DNA from: Lama guanicoe
Lineage: Eukaryota
NCBI GenBank assembly: GCA_013239625.1
Contig: MU054338.1
Location: 3,433,371 to 3,497,370 of the forward strand
Direction of reading: 5' to 3'
Length of the DNA stretch: 64,000 bases
Part shown: piece by piece, positions 1 through 11,237 of the stretch
How positions within the stretch are numbered: position 1 is the stretch's first letter
How the letters are laid out: the number at the start of each line of letters is the position of its first letter
Translations under genes and position numbers: made by a program
Notes under the pieces: generated by a model
The model's database searches: none
Seen by the model: only the letters and a program-made list of their open reading frames with translations
What the model was told of the DNA's origin: nothing

Positions 1-420
1 AGCAGCCATCAGTTAAATACGTCTCAGAAGAGTCCCTCGGCCCCAGCCCCGACTGCCCACCGTCTTCCATCCAAGGCTGGAGGCCCCTTGAGGGCATGGC
101 TGAGGTCACAAGCCTAGGCTGGGTGAGGCCAGAGGGCAAAGCCCTGGGGGGTGACTAGTGGCAAAGGGACAACAGATTCATTGCTAAATTGGACTCCGCT
201 GGTTTGTCCTACCGCTGGTCTGGAGACAAGAGCTGCTCCATCCAAGTCTCACTGTCCCCTTCCATGACGCGGGCCACAGGACAATGTGGTCAGCCTGAGT
301 CAACATGTTTGGTTTTTTCTAACCCAAGGGGAGCTCCCAGGGCAGAAGCTGGGGTCCTCGTCTTCCTCCTCCACCCCCATCACCCCTCCCGCAGCCCCCA
401 GTCCGCACCTGGGGCCCTAC

Positions 421-540
421 CTTGTGCAGGGAGAAGGTCCGCACACAGAACGTGGCCAGCTCGATGGTGTCCAGCAGCGTGACCTGGATGAAGCCGTAGG
501 TCTCCGTGCCCCTGTTGGGCCAGTACTGATCACATTTGAT
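421..540 (-). CDS. PTPRS: PTPRS exon 30 (D1)
   Basis: [40 protein letters not shown]. 120 nt. Donor AAG|GTAGGG. Confidence 0.96.
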
Positions 541-620
541 CTGGACCGGGCGAGAGAACGGACGTGAGCGTGGGCACGGGGCTGGCCAGGGGCTTGGGGG
601 CTACAGGGTCCAGGCCTCAC

Positions 621-796
621 CCGTGATTTCTCCTCTAGCCGTGTCATCATGACAATGGTAGCGGAGCGCTGCTCCCACACCATACGCCAGAAGTCACCGA
701 AGGTCTCGGGCAACGGCCCCTGTGTGGCGATGTAGGCGTTCTGCCGCCGGTAGCCATCCACGTAGTTGGCGTTGATGTAATCGCTGCCCACGATGC
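621..796 (-). CDS. PTPRS: PTPRS exon 29 (D1)
   Basis: [59 protein letters not shown]. 176 nt. Confidence 0.97.
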
Positions 797-929
797 CTGC
801 GGCCGGGGTGAGAGGCCAGAGATCACTGGGGGCACTCTGTCCTCCTGGGCTGGTTCCACCAGGCCCACCACTTCCTGGAAGCCCTCCTGGACTGCTCCAA
901 TCTGTCCCCAAGGGTATCGTGGAGTGTAT

Positions 930-1144
930 GCTTCATGGTTTCTCCCCCTTAGCACTACTGCCACTGGAGGCCAGAGCGTTCTGTGACCTATGGGGACCAT
1001 CCTGTCCACTGTAGGGTATTGAGCTGCATCCTTGGCCTCTACCCTCTCACGAACACCCCACCCCTTCTTCCAAGTTGTAGCAATAAAAATGTTATCAGAC
1101 ACTATCAAATGTCCCAACTGGTGGAATTACTCTGAGAACCACTG
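930..1144. mobile_element. hAT-Charlie MITE, MER20-like
   Basis: ...gcatccttggcctctaccc...aaaaatgttatcagacactatcaaatgtccc...gagaaccactg resembles the recalled MER20 consensus. Confidence 0.7.
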
Positions 1145-1386
1145 ATGTACAGGAACAGATAGAAAAATGGAATGGACAGCGGCCATCAGTTAAATACATA
1201 TCTAAAAACTCCTGGTGGCTGCTGGCCGGAGCTGGCCAGGCCTGTGACCAGACTCAGGCCTGTTTCCCCACCAGCCCCCGAGCCAGTCCACTCTGGCCTC
1301 GCCCTGTGGCCAAGAGGCGGCCTGGGGTCTACGAGCTCTCTGTGGAATGAGGAAGGGCGGGATGGAGGCTGGGCCCTGCGCGCTAC

Positions 1387-1510
1387 CTTCGATGGGCTGG
1401 AGGATGACGCGAGAGTGGTCGTAGGCGATGACGTTGGCGTAGCGGTTCTTGGGCTTGTTCACCTCCAGGTTGGAGTGTTCCCACGTGAACTGCTGGCCCG
1501 GGTCGATGGA
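1387..1510 (-). CDS. PTPRS: PTPRS exon 28 (D1 wedge and KNRY motif)
   Basis: [41 protein letters not shown]. 124 nt. Confidence 0.97.
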
Positions 1511-1585
1511 CTGCGGGCAAGGGGAGGTGGAGGGTGTCAAGATGGGGCTTCTGCAGGCTCAGGAGGGTGGGGGGGAACAGCTCAC

Positions 1586-1683
1586 CTCATACTCCTGGGA
1601 GAGCTTGAGGCTGTCGTTGGCCTTGAGGCGTTCCGTGTGCTCCGCCATGTCCGCGATGGGGATGGGTGGGTGGCTGAGCATGC
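1586..1683 (-). CDS. PTPRS: PTPRS exon 27
   Basis: [32 protein letters not shown]. 98 nt. Confidence 0.96.
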
Positions 1684-2814
1684 CTGCGGGCAGAGCAGAC
1701 CCGACGGCGGCCGGTCACTCGGGGGCCAGCCCTGGGGCCAGGGGATGAGGGGTGCTCTACAGTGTGAGTCTGCGATGGACGAGCCGTGGTTAGAGGGAGT
1801 GGCAGGGGGCGGGGACCCCAGGCCTGTGGGTCTGGAGGAGCAGCATAGGGGCTGCAGCCCCTGGCTGAGCCCTGCTCCCAGGGCTTCCCCTCCCCAGTCC
1901 CCCTCCACCAGTTGGGGACGCAGGGGCTGGGAAAGGGTCGCCCTGCAGGACTTCAAGCTCCTAGTGCCTCGTGGCAAGAAGCAGGCAGGTGACACAGAAA
2001 TGAAGAAGCAGATGCAGCTGGCTGGGCCTTCAGAAATACATTCCCGGGGTGGGGGCCGGAGGCTGATACTCCTTTTCACCCCTCTGGGACCAGAGGGACT
2101 GGAAAGTCCTCTGCTAGGTGGGGCTGAAGGATTGGGAGGGGAGACACAGGGTGTGTGTGTGTTGGATGGTTGGAGGTTTCCCCATCTGGCCATGCACCTG
2201 CCCCAGGTGCATGAGCTCCTGACCTTGGAGGGTTCATTTTCTCATCTGATAAATAGCAGTGATGTCCCTTATCTTCGGAGCCCCCAGGTGGGTGGCTGGA
2301 AGTAGTGGGGTGGTCCTGGCTCTTTCCTCCCGACATCCGGGCCTGCCAGACCCCTTCCTCTCCTGGGGCCGGGCAGCCAGGCAGCCAGGCATGCGCTCAC
2401 CCACTCACTCAACAGCTACAGTGATGGCCCCACGCCGACACCGGAGTACCAGTGTTAAACCAACACACGATTTGCAGAATTGACTGGTAAAGTGCTGCTG
2501 TTCTGAGTCCCTGCCACCCTGGGGGCTCCCTGAGGGCCTACATTTAAGGGGCCTGAGGCTGGTGTCCGTCTGACCAGTGGGTGGGCTCCCGCTCTCATGT
2601 GCGGACACGTCTCGCCTACATTCCTGACCCCAGCCCTCCCCTCTGCTCCACACGCAGTCACAACCCGCGCCCTAAGGGCCCCGCGGACCAGACCCCTGCC
2701 CCCCTCGAGAAGCCAGTGCAGGACAGGTGGGCAGAGAGAGGAGGCGGGATGGTGAAACCACGGGTGAAAACAAACGGGCGAAAGGAAGCCGAGAACAGAG
2801 ACACAGGAACTAAC

Positions 2815-2862
2815 TTTCAAAGTGAAACCCCGGCTCCCTGAGGGGGCTGCTGAGGCCTGAAT
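2815..2862 (-). CDS. PTPRS: PTPRS 48-nt mini-exon (meD-type; DSGLSSPLREPGFHFE)
   Basis: TTTGCTGTTTCTGCAG|ATTCAGGC...TTTGAAA|GTTAGT. Phase 1-1. Confidence 0.9.
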
Positions 2863-3239
2863 CTGCAGAAACAGCAAACAATAAATAAATGAGAACAGGC
2901 GGGGAGCCCACCTCCCCACGCCCCTCGCTGGGTGCACGCACAGCGGCCGGCGGACAGACGCAGAGGGCAGAGCGACTTCAGCACTGAGGGACACACGGCT
3001 GCCCCGGCCCCAGCCAGGGAGCCTGCTGCAGCTGCAGTGTGTCCCTGTGACTGGACATCAGCCAGTCCTGATTCTCAGCTGTGACTTTGGAAAGATACCA
3101 AAGCTTCAAGTTCTTCTATCAGTATGTCCCCACAGACCGACCTGGACTTGGGTCCCCTGTTGGGGTCAGCAGAGGGGATTTTGGAACAGATGCAGGGTGG
3201 TGAGGGAGAAGCTTGAGGGCAGGGGAAGGACGTATGGGC

Positions 3240-3740
3240 CCATGCCATGAGCTTTACGGAGGACAGCGGCCATCAGTTAGACATACACGTTTAAAATTCT
3301 CATTTGGGTGGAAACAGAATGGACCTAAGCTAGTCCAGAAACAGAAGAGAGAAGGGAGTATGTCAGGGGTGCCAATGAGAACTTTGATGAGCTCTTACGG
3401 AGAACTGCAGCCACCAGTTAAATAGAAATGATTGAAATTCTCTTTAGAATGAAACAGAGCGAACACGAGACAGTCCAGCAACAGAAAAGAGAAAGAAACG
3501 TATTAGGAACAGCATGTTAGGCTATGCATGAGCCCTGCAGGAGGGCTGCAGGCATCAGTTAAACAAATGTTCAAAATCTCCACTTGGTTGGAAACAGAGT
3601 TAACAAGAACCAATTCAGAGACAGAAAGTGGAGACTGAGGCGTAGAGAGACAGATGTTACTATGCTGGGAGTTCACATGGAGGACGGCAGCCATGAGTTA
3701 AATGGAAAGTTCCTTGTTGGTCAGAAGCAGCTGGCCTGAG
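3240..3740. repeat. Degenerate 141-bp tandem repeat (4 units)
   Basis: Core cagccatcagttaaa with CAGTTA at 3274, 3415, 3556 and GAGTTA at 3695 (spacing 141/141/139). Confidence 0.8.
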
Positions 3741-4329
3741 CCCGTTAAGCGGGAGGAGACGGGGGTGACGTGTGGGTCACTGTACGTGAAGATGCTTCAG
3801 GGCAAGACCCCAGTTCAGTTCTCCTACCAGGTATGGCAGGTGAATTGCTGAATCCTGTCAATCTACAGTGAACTCTGAAGTGGCAGGGAGACCATGAGCA
3901 TCGGTGGCCACGGAGGGGAGAGGGGCAAGGCGTGGTGGAGGCGGGTTTCTGTGCCTTGCCAGGGGCTCATCCCGGGCAGTGCGGGCAGAACCCTCACACC
4001 CACCACCAAGTGGCCGTAAGGCTCAGGTGTGAGCAGCAGAGTTCTTTCTGCCAGAAGAAATGAAATAGAAAATTTCTTTGTTTTCAGATGTCCTTTAAGC
4101 TCCCAGACAAGACAGCAACCACCAGGTAAATGCAACTTTTCAAAAGCCTCCCTTGGATGTAAGCAGAACCAGCCCATGGCAGTTCCAAGCCCAGATCCAC
4201 GTTGGAATCTGGGGATCAGGAGTTTAGCTGCACCAGGCACGTTCGGTGGAGGTAGATGGAGATCCACCGGGGTGCAAGCTTCCTCTCCCCGCGTCGCTGA
4301 GGTCCCTGGCAGCTGGGGTAAGCACATAC

Positions 4330-4442
4330 CTGGTGTCTGGAAGTTAATGCGTCTCATTTCCACAGGGTCCTTGGGGTGGTGGGGGGCGAGGTCGGCATTG
4401 TTCAGTAGGCATTTGGTGCGGGGCTCTGAGTCCTTGCGTTTA
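4330..4442 (-). CDS. PTPRS: PTPRS exon 25 (juxtamembrane)
   Basis: KRKDSEPRTKCLLNNADLAPHHPKDPVEMRRINFQTP. 113 nt. Uncommon AAG acceptor. Confidence 0.94.
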
Positions 4443-4707
4443 CTTCATGGGAGTAAGCAGAAGTCAGTGAGTTCCAGGGCGTGCCCAAAGACACACGGGC
4501 ACGTGTGTGAACACGCACAGGCGCCACGCTCGTGTGACCCGGCTGGCAGGAAAGGGACCCTGTGCGCATGCGATTACGGGGTCGGTCCCAGGACCATGCA
4601 CAGACACGTGGGTGACGGCTGGAGCAGCCAGGTGCCCCGTCACCCTGTGGGCGCAGTGCCACCCCAGTCCCCCTCCCCGACCTCTAAAGGGGAGGACTGG
4701 TTCTCAC

Positions 4708-4719
4708 CTGTCAGGCTTA
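4708..4719 (-). CDS. PTPRS: PTPRS 12-nt juxtamembrane microexon (N-KPD-S)
   Basis: TCTGCTTTCGGGAGCAG|TAAGCCTGACAG|GTGAGA. Phase 2-2. Confidence 0.9.
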
Positions 4720-5227
4720 CTGCTCCCGAAAGCAGATACAGGTAAAGAAGAGGGAAAAAGAAGACCGGTGAGGGTGTGCTGGCCATAAATGGTCTGCTGT
4801 GTGACTAGGCGGCTTTCTTGCCCTCTCTGAGCCTTGGCCTGCTCCAGAAAATGGGGCTAATCCTCCGGGCCTGGGTCTCCCGCACAGAGTAATGTCTCAG
4901 CCCTCCCCTTCTAAGCTAGGAAGTGTTAAGCATGGCGACGACAATTACCGTCCAGACAGAGGCAGCCTCCACCCCAAATCTTCCTGCTGAGTGGAGAGTG
5001 GGGCTTAATTGGGGTCAAAGCACTGGCCAGGCTGGAACCCCACCCTGCCATTTTCCAGGCTGTGTGACTTTGATAAAGTCGCTTAACCTCTCTGAGCCCT
5101 GCTTTCCCTGTCTGTACCATAGAAGGGTTCTGTGATAATCTCCTGAGACGACCCTTCCTTGGGTCTTTCCCCCGCCTCTTCTAGGAAGCCCTCCCTCCTG
5201 TCAAGTAGGGGAGTGCAGGGGGCTCAC

Positions 5228-5385
5228 TTCTTGTAGAGCAAGATGGCAATCACGATGCAGATGATGAAGACCACCGCCAGCACGGGCCCGATCACCCAGA
5301 TGAGCCCCTCCTCGCCGTCCACAATGGGCTGGGGGTCTGGGTTATCCAGCTGGAAGGGGTCTGAAAAGGGGCTGGCCGCAAATGT
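5228..5385 (-). CDS. PTPRS: PTPRS exon 23 (transmembrane helix)
   Basis: [52 protein letters not shown]. 158 nt. Confidence 0.97.
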
Positions 5386-5880
5386 CTGCAGGAAGGGGAT
5401 GGGGGGACCTCCGTCAGTGCCCATCCTCCTCACGGTGGCCAGATGGCTCTTCCTCAGATAGAAGTCTATGTCCATCCCTACTCTAAACCCTCTAATGGCT
5501 CCCGAGAACCCAGTGCCTGCGCGGCCTGGCCCTTGCTAACCTTCTCTCTCCCTATTCCCCACTCTGTTCCAACCACTCTGAAATTCTTTCTGTTCCTCCT
5601 GCACCTTTAGGCCTTTGCACATGCAAAAGCTGGGGTGCTTTTTCTTTACTAAACTCGTGCACACCTGTCAAAGCCCAGTTCCAAAGTCCTTTCCTCTCAA
5701 AAATCTTCCCCTTGGGATTCCCTCAACCCCAAGTCCTTCCCTCTGCCAGCTCTGACCACAGGGAGCTGGGAGGATCTGTGTCTGGCTGTGAGGTCAGGGC
5801 CCTGCAGACCGAGGCCACTCTGGGGCCTGCCTCACTCGGCGGGTGTGGCTGGATGTGGGCAGATGCCATTTGGGACTTAC

Positions 5881-6096
5881 AGGCTCACTCTTCTGCAGCA
5901 CGGCGAGCACAAAGAGAACATATCGGTGGCCAGGCTCCAGGCCCCTGTTGTCAAAGCCACCATACTGCTTCTGGTCGCCGGGATGGAAGGTGGGTGGCAA
6001 CACTGAGAAGCGAGCCGCGATATAGGGCCGGGGCACCTCCAGCTGGCGGGAGTGCCGCAGGCTGCGCCGTTGCAGCCGTGCAATGTCCTGGATCAG
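5881..6096 (-). CDS. PTPRS: PTPRS exon 22 (basic proprotein-convertase cleavage region RLQRRSLRHSR)
   Basis: LIQDIARLQRRSLRHSRQLEVPRPYIAARFSV...VLQKSEP. 216 nt. Confidence 0.96.
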
Positions 6097-6196
6097 CTGT
6101 GGGAACAGAGGTGTGTGGGCTGCTCAGCACCTGGCTGGGAGCAGCTGGGCTCACAAAAGCTGGGACATGTGCAGTGGTTGGGCCCCAGACCCTTAC

Positions 6197-6290
6197 CTCC
6201 TCCAGGTCCATATCCTCTGGGCTGCCCAGCGGGGTCAGGAACTGGCCGCCACGAGACTTACGTAGTGGCACCATTACAATGAAGTAGTTC
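6197..6290 (-). CDS. PTPRS: PTPRS exon 21
   Basis: NYFIVMVPLRKSRGGQFLTPLGSPEDMDLEE. 94 nt. Confidence 0.95.
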
Positions 6291-6501
6291 CTATCAAAAG
6301 ATTAAAGTCATGGGAGGCTGTCTACAGGCATGAAAAAGGGATGCTATCTGGGGCTGAGTTGGGGAGCCACCCCCTCGAGATCTTCCCCTCTGCTCAGTGA
6401 GTAGACGGCCCCAATAACATACACCTATAGTTCCTGATTCAAACCTCCAGGCTTTTGATTATTCTATACTTTTTGCCTAGAAAGCTTACCCTGTGCAATT
6501 C

Positions 6502-6831
6502 CAGTTGACTATTCAACATAATAGAAGTTTGTTGTTGGTTTTTTTGTTGGGGATGGGTGGAATTAGGTTTGTTTACTTTTAGTGGAAGTAGTTGGGATTG
6601 AGCCCAGGACCTAGTGCAGGGGCATGCACTCTACCACTGAGCTACACCCTCCTCCCCAATAACACAGGGGTCAGGGGTGCTGACCCTCTATGCAGTCGTA
6701 AATCCATGTGTAAGTACAGTTGGCCCTCTGTGTCTGTGGTCCTCCATTTGTGGATTCAACCAACCATGGATCAAGTATTTGTTGAAAAAAATCTGAATAT
6801 AAGTGGATCCATGCAGTTCAAGGGTCAAATG
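6502..6831. mobile_element. Tigger/MER2-group DNA transposon MITE interrupted by a SINE
   Basis: TIR-like ends cagttgactattcaaca (6502) and gttcaagggtcaaatg-ta (6831). Internal ggattcaaccaacc motif. Confidence 0.7.
6528..6657 (-). mobile_element. tRNA-derived SINE (camelid-type, by recollection) nested in the Tigger MITE
   Basis: T-rich tail followed by gggattgagcccaggacc...cactctaccactgagctacaccc (reverse A/B boxes). Confidence 0.7.
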
Positions 6832-7139
6832 TATAGTTCTCAAACTCTTATACATCCTTCAAAGCCCCAGCTCCCATGCCCACACATTCTTGTAACCCTT
6901 GATTTTCTCTGCTTCCCAGAGTCTTCCTCTCTCACTAGTGACTCTGGTGCCTCTCACTGCCACACCATTGGAGCTGAGAGTGTCTGTTTCCAGCTGTCTC
7001 TTCAACAGTCTGGGAACCCAGAACCAGTAGAAGGTCAGGCACATGGGAGTGTCAAGGAATGCTGGAGGAGCAGACATAAGGCCACATTTAGCGATGACAC
7101 CTAAGAGCAGCACTGGATCTTCAGGGCAACTACTCGAGA

Positions 7140-7225
7140 TAGGTTGTGATCTCTATTTCACAGGTGGGAAAACTGAGGCACAGAGAGGTCAAGCGGCTAG
7201 CCCCAGTCACACAGCTGGCTAATGG
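7140..7225. mobile_element. MIR core (one of many; also ~5060, 13000, 16620, 29520, 42500, 44090, 46770, 48030, 50630)
   Basis: ttcacaggtgggaaaactgaggcacagagaggtcaag...agtcacacagct. Confidence 0.7.
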
Positions 7226-7260
7226 TGGTGTGCAAAATCCCTGGGGTGGGCTGAACGTAC

Positions 7261-7514
7261 TGGACAGGCACGGGGCTCTGGCCATCGGGCAGATACACCA
7301 CAATGAAGCCGTCAGAGTCAGGCTTGGGGGTCACGCTGGGCTTGGAGCTGAGCAGGTTGAAGGCAGTCCAGGCGGTGACTGTCTGCTGGAGGCCGCCCAG
7401 GCTGCTGCCGCGGTTGGTCAGCACGAAGTTGTAGAAGGTGTTGGGCTTGAGGTGTGTGATGAGCTTCTTGGTGGTGCGGCCGTCCACATCCAGCGTGAGC
7501 CCATTGTACTGGAT
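7261..7514 (-). CDS. PTPRS: PTPRS exon 20
   Basis: IQYNGLTLDVDGRTTKKLITHLKPNTFYNFVL...DGQSPVPVQ. 254 nt. Confidence 0.96.
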
Positions 7515-7718
7515 CTGTGGGCCAGGGTTGGCTCAGCGGGGCTCAGGGCTAAGCCTCAGTCCCACCAACTGTGACCCCAGGCGGAGCCCTAATGCCAGCT
7601 GAAGCCTGAGCCCACTCAGCTGTGAGCACAGTGCAGCCCAGCCCCCGGACCAGGCCCAGACTCCAGCCTAAGCCCTGACCCCGGCTGAGCCCGCTCCTGA
7701 CTCAGTGGGAGGCCGCAC

Positions 7719-7816
7719 CTTGTAGGGCGTCGGGGAGTTGTAGTTGTCGGGGAACTCCCAGCTGAGCAGGACCGACGTCTTCATGATCATCTTCACCTTA
7801 AAGTTCTTGGGTGAGA
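7719..7816 (-). CDS. PTPRS: PTPRS exon 19 (FN8)
   Basis: (V/I)[32 protein letters not shown]. 98 nt. Phase-1 start, so it can also join exon 13 directly. Confidence 0.96.
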
Positions 7817-8174
7817 CTGTGCCAGGCAGCGGCGAGCGGGAGAGAGCAGAAGAGAGGCGCCGTGAGCGCTGGGGGCAGCATGGGCGGACGGGGTGGGGTG
7901 GGGCGGCCCAGGCGCTCCCTGTCGTCCGCTGTGCCCATGGCCTTACTGCCTGGCCCTGGCCCGGCCCTGCCTGGCCCTGTCCCAGGTCCCTGCTGCAGGA
8001 GACGGCGCAGCTGCAGAGAGAAGGCGGAGGCGGAAGAGGGAAGGGGGACGGGTGGGGGGGCGGCGGTGGGGGCGGCGGTGCCACCGAGGCACGTCCCACC
8101 TTTGCCAACACCGGAGCCTCGGGGTCTGGACTTGCCTGGAGTGAGCTCTGGTGCGGGGGTCACCGCGCGCCTAC

Positions 8175-8783
8175 CTTGGTCCCGCAGGAACGTCCGGTAG
8201 CGGACGGGGGGGCTGTAGGGGCCGGGGCCCCGGCGCGTGTGGGCCCGCACTTGGAGGTCATAGGCCGTGTCGGGCTTGAGGCCCTGCAGCGTGAGCACGT
8301 TCTCGGCGCCCGGCTCGGCCGCCGCCGGCAGCTCGGTCTCTCGGGCGGGGCCCAGGGCGCCGGCCTCCCGCACGGCCACCGTGTACTTGACAATGGCCCC
8401 GTTGCGCTCGGCAGGCACGGGCGGCAGCCAGCGGAGTAGGACGGTGCCGGCTGAGGCGTTGCCGGCCGCCTCGAGGATCTGCGGGTGGCCGCGGGGGGTG
8501 TCCTCTGGGATGCTCAGGACCTCAGCCGCCTCCTCGCCCAGGCCGCCTCGGCTCCGGGCCGCCAGCCGGAACACATACGTGGCCCCCTTGTGTACGCCTG
8601 ATGCTGTGTAGTGGTCCTCGGTGGGCGGGAACTCTAGTGTGGCCAGCGGTGATGAGTCCTCGCGGCCGAACTGCAGGCGGTAGCCCAGCACCTGGTCCTC
8701 GGAGGTGCCGGCTGGGGGCTCCCAGCGTGCCAGCAGGCTGCCCTCGGGGGTCTGCTGCACCGACAGGGTGGGGCGGCCCAGCA
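8175..8783 (-). CDS. PTPRS: PTPRS exon 18 (FN6-FN7; last cassette exon)
   Basis: VLGRPTLSVQQTPEGSLLARWEPP...YRTFLRDQ. 609 nt. Confidence 0.97.
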
Positions 8784-10251
8784 CTGCAGGAGACACGGGA
8801 CAAGTGTTAGGGCCACAGGACCAAACCCCAGCCTGGGAGCACACAGTGGGGTTACAATTTTCAAAAGTAGTCTTGGGAAGGCCTCACTCAGAAGCAAAGA
8901 CTTGAAGGAGGAAAGGGAGGGAGTTGCAGGGAGGTCTGGAAGGAACAGTGATTCAGGAAGAGGGACCAGCCAGTGCAAAGGCCCTGAGGTGGAATCGTGC
9001 TGGGTGAGTGCAAGGAATGGAGAGGAAGCAGGGGACTCAGAGGACCCAATAAAGGAAAACATCCACAGACATCATGGCAGGCCCTCATCTATGTACTTCC
9101 TCCTTGAGTTATTTATTCGCCCTTTGCCTCCTGCTGGTACATGATTAGTATCCATGGACTGTGAGAGTGTCCAAAACCCTGCCTCTACCCCATGGTTCTC
9201 AACCGTTTAGGTAGTAATCAATGTATCAAGGTCCTGAGAATTCTGGCTACACGTGAAACCATGTTTCTCCACTGCAAGCCTTATCAGGACCTTTAATGGA
9301 ATATGCTATGAAATCATTAGTGTACACAGCAGGTTCTGCTTAGCAAGCATGACTTCTTATGCAATGTGCCTGAGAAAGGAGGGAGCAATCCTGGGAAGCA
9401 GGAGTCCTGGAGGAGGTGACGTGGGTGCTGGAGGCTGGAGGACAGACTAGGCAGGCGAAGGGAACAGTACAGGCAGGGGCTGGCAGCAGTGTGGAGGAGT
9501 GCTGTGTCCAGCTGGGAGGCCCTGAACATCAGGCTATATTGTCAGAGGTGCAGCACGAAGGGTGCAGGAAGTGGACAGAGGCCACAAGGGTCCTTCTTTG
9601 CTCCTTGAACACACCAAGCTTGTGCCTCCCCCTTGAGTCTCTGGGCTGTGCCCTCTGCCTGGAAGACCTCTTTACATTTCCATGGCTGACTCTCTCTCTC
9701 CTCACTCAGCTAAGTATGGCTGGGGGAAAAACAGCCTCTTGTGACTGATGGGAGGGACCCGGAGGGGCCAGAAGGGGAAACTGAGGCAAGGCTGCCAGCA
9801 GGGGCAGCTCCTGGTGCAGCGGGGAGGCGGCACACCATCCTGAAATGACAACCCACTTGGGGTGATCAGAGCTGGGATGGGGGAAGCAAGGGGTGCTGTC
9901 AGGCAGAAGGGACGCAGAGAGGACACCTGGCCCAGACTGTGGGATGGGGGTGGGTGGGGAAGGCTCCCCGAGGAGGTGCAGACTAAACAAAGACCCAGAG
10001 GATGCTGAGGAGACAGCCAGCCCGGAGAAGAGTATCCGGGCAGAGGGAACAGGAGGCAGAGTCGGCTGTTAAAGGTTTCCGTCTGGCTGGAGCTGAGTGG
10101 GGCTGGACCATGCTGGGTCTGAACACCCTCTCGAGTAGCCCCTACACCGCTGCTCTCCCTGTTTCTCCTGCCCGATGCACCCTCTCCCCACGTGGGCTCT
10201 GGAACTCTGCAGGGACACTCTGGGGGCCAAGGGCATAGGAGGGTCACCTAC

Positions 10252-10369
10252 CTGCTCCTTTGGTCACTACCACCTTGGGTTTGCTGCGAGCGCCATCGCC
10301 TTTCATGGTGTAGGCGGCTACCGTGATGGAATAGGCAGTCTCAGGCTGCAGGTTTGTGATGACCATCTC
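10252..10369 (-). CDS. PTPRS: PTPRS exon 17 (end of FN5)
   Basis: [39 protein letters not shown]. 118 nt. Confidence 0.96.
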
Positions 10370-10852
10370 CTGCAGGCAGGGGTGGAGGGGTCAGTGATGC
10401 AACCAGGGCTGCCCACCCTCCTCCCCATGCTAGGGACAAGCAAGGGGGACGCAGGGCCCAGTCCACGGGCAGAGATGTGCACCTGAGCTCATGCACAGAT
10501 CCCAACATGTAACACGTTGAGGCTGAGATGGGCACACGTGGCCTGACACCTGTCACGGCTCCCCCTGGACAAGCACAGTCCCTTCCTTTCCCACACTCGC
10601 TCCCATCTGGCCTCCCTAAAGTGACCACCAGAGGGCGCCTGTGAGCACCTGAGTCAGGTCCGAACTCTCTTGCTCGGAGCCCTCCACTCCACCCCCAAGG
10701 CCCTACACAACTTGCCCCACCCGCCTGCCCTCCCCTTCTCCCTCGCTCACTCTGCTCCAGCCACATAGGCCTCCTCTCTATTCCTCCTAAACACCAGCCA
10801 CAGTCCTGCCTCAGGGCCTTTGCACTGGCTGTCCCTCCAGCCTCCACTATAC

Positions 10853-11237
10853 CCACTGGTGTGCTAGAGATTCCTTACAACAACTCTCAGAAGCCCACAG
10901 TTAAATTTTTAGAAAATCTGTGAGCCAGTTACTAAATACAACTGTTACTAAAAATTAAACTATACAAATGATCAAATAATAGTAAAAACAAAGGTAACAA
11001 GTGTTCCAACCCAACCCTTCCTAGTTATTTTGCCACCTTTACTGTTAGTTATGTCTCCAGATTATTCTGTCTCTTGTATCTGTGTGACAGAAACACTCTG
11101 CAATGACGAGCTACCACAAATCTGGTGGGTGGCTTGAAATCGACACGGTGGGAGTAGCTACACCCTGGAAAACGGCAGATGCTACCAGTCAGGACTGTGC
11201 TCCCCACCGGACAGCTGACGGTTCATTTACACCACTG
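10853..11237. mobile_element. hAT DNA transposon relic, MER63-like (second fragment at ~13390-13520)
   Basis: Ends cactggtgtgctag ... tttacaccactg. Shares gtggga(g/a)ta..tacacc...gaaa with the fragment at 13430. Confidence 0.55.

Noticed and set aside
1172..2305. 377-aa plus-strand ORF
   Set aside because: Antisense shadow of exons 27-28 and GC-rich intron; no recognisable domain.
6528..6657. tRNA-like A/B boxes here and at 45.7 kb
   Set aside because: SINE bodies with tails, not intact tRNA genes.
7744..8439. 231-aa plus-strand ORF and other overlapping ORFs at 7.7-8.9 kb and 18.5-19.8 kb
   Set aside because: Stop-poor frames expected opposite or overlapping GC-rich coding exons.
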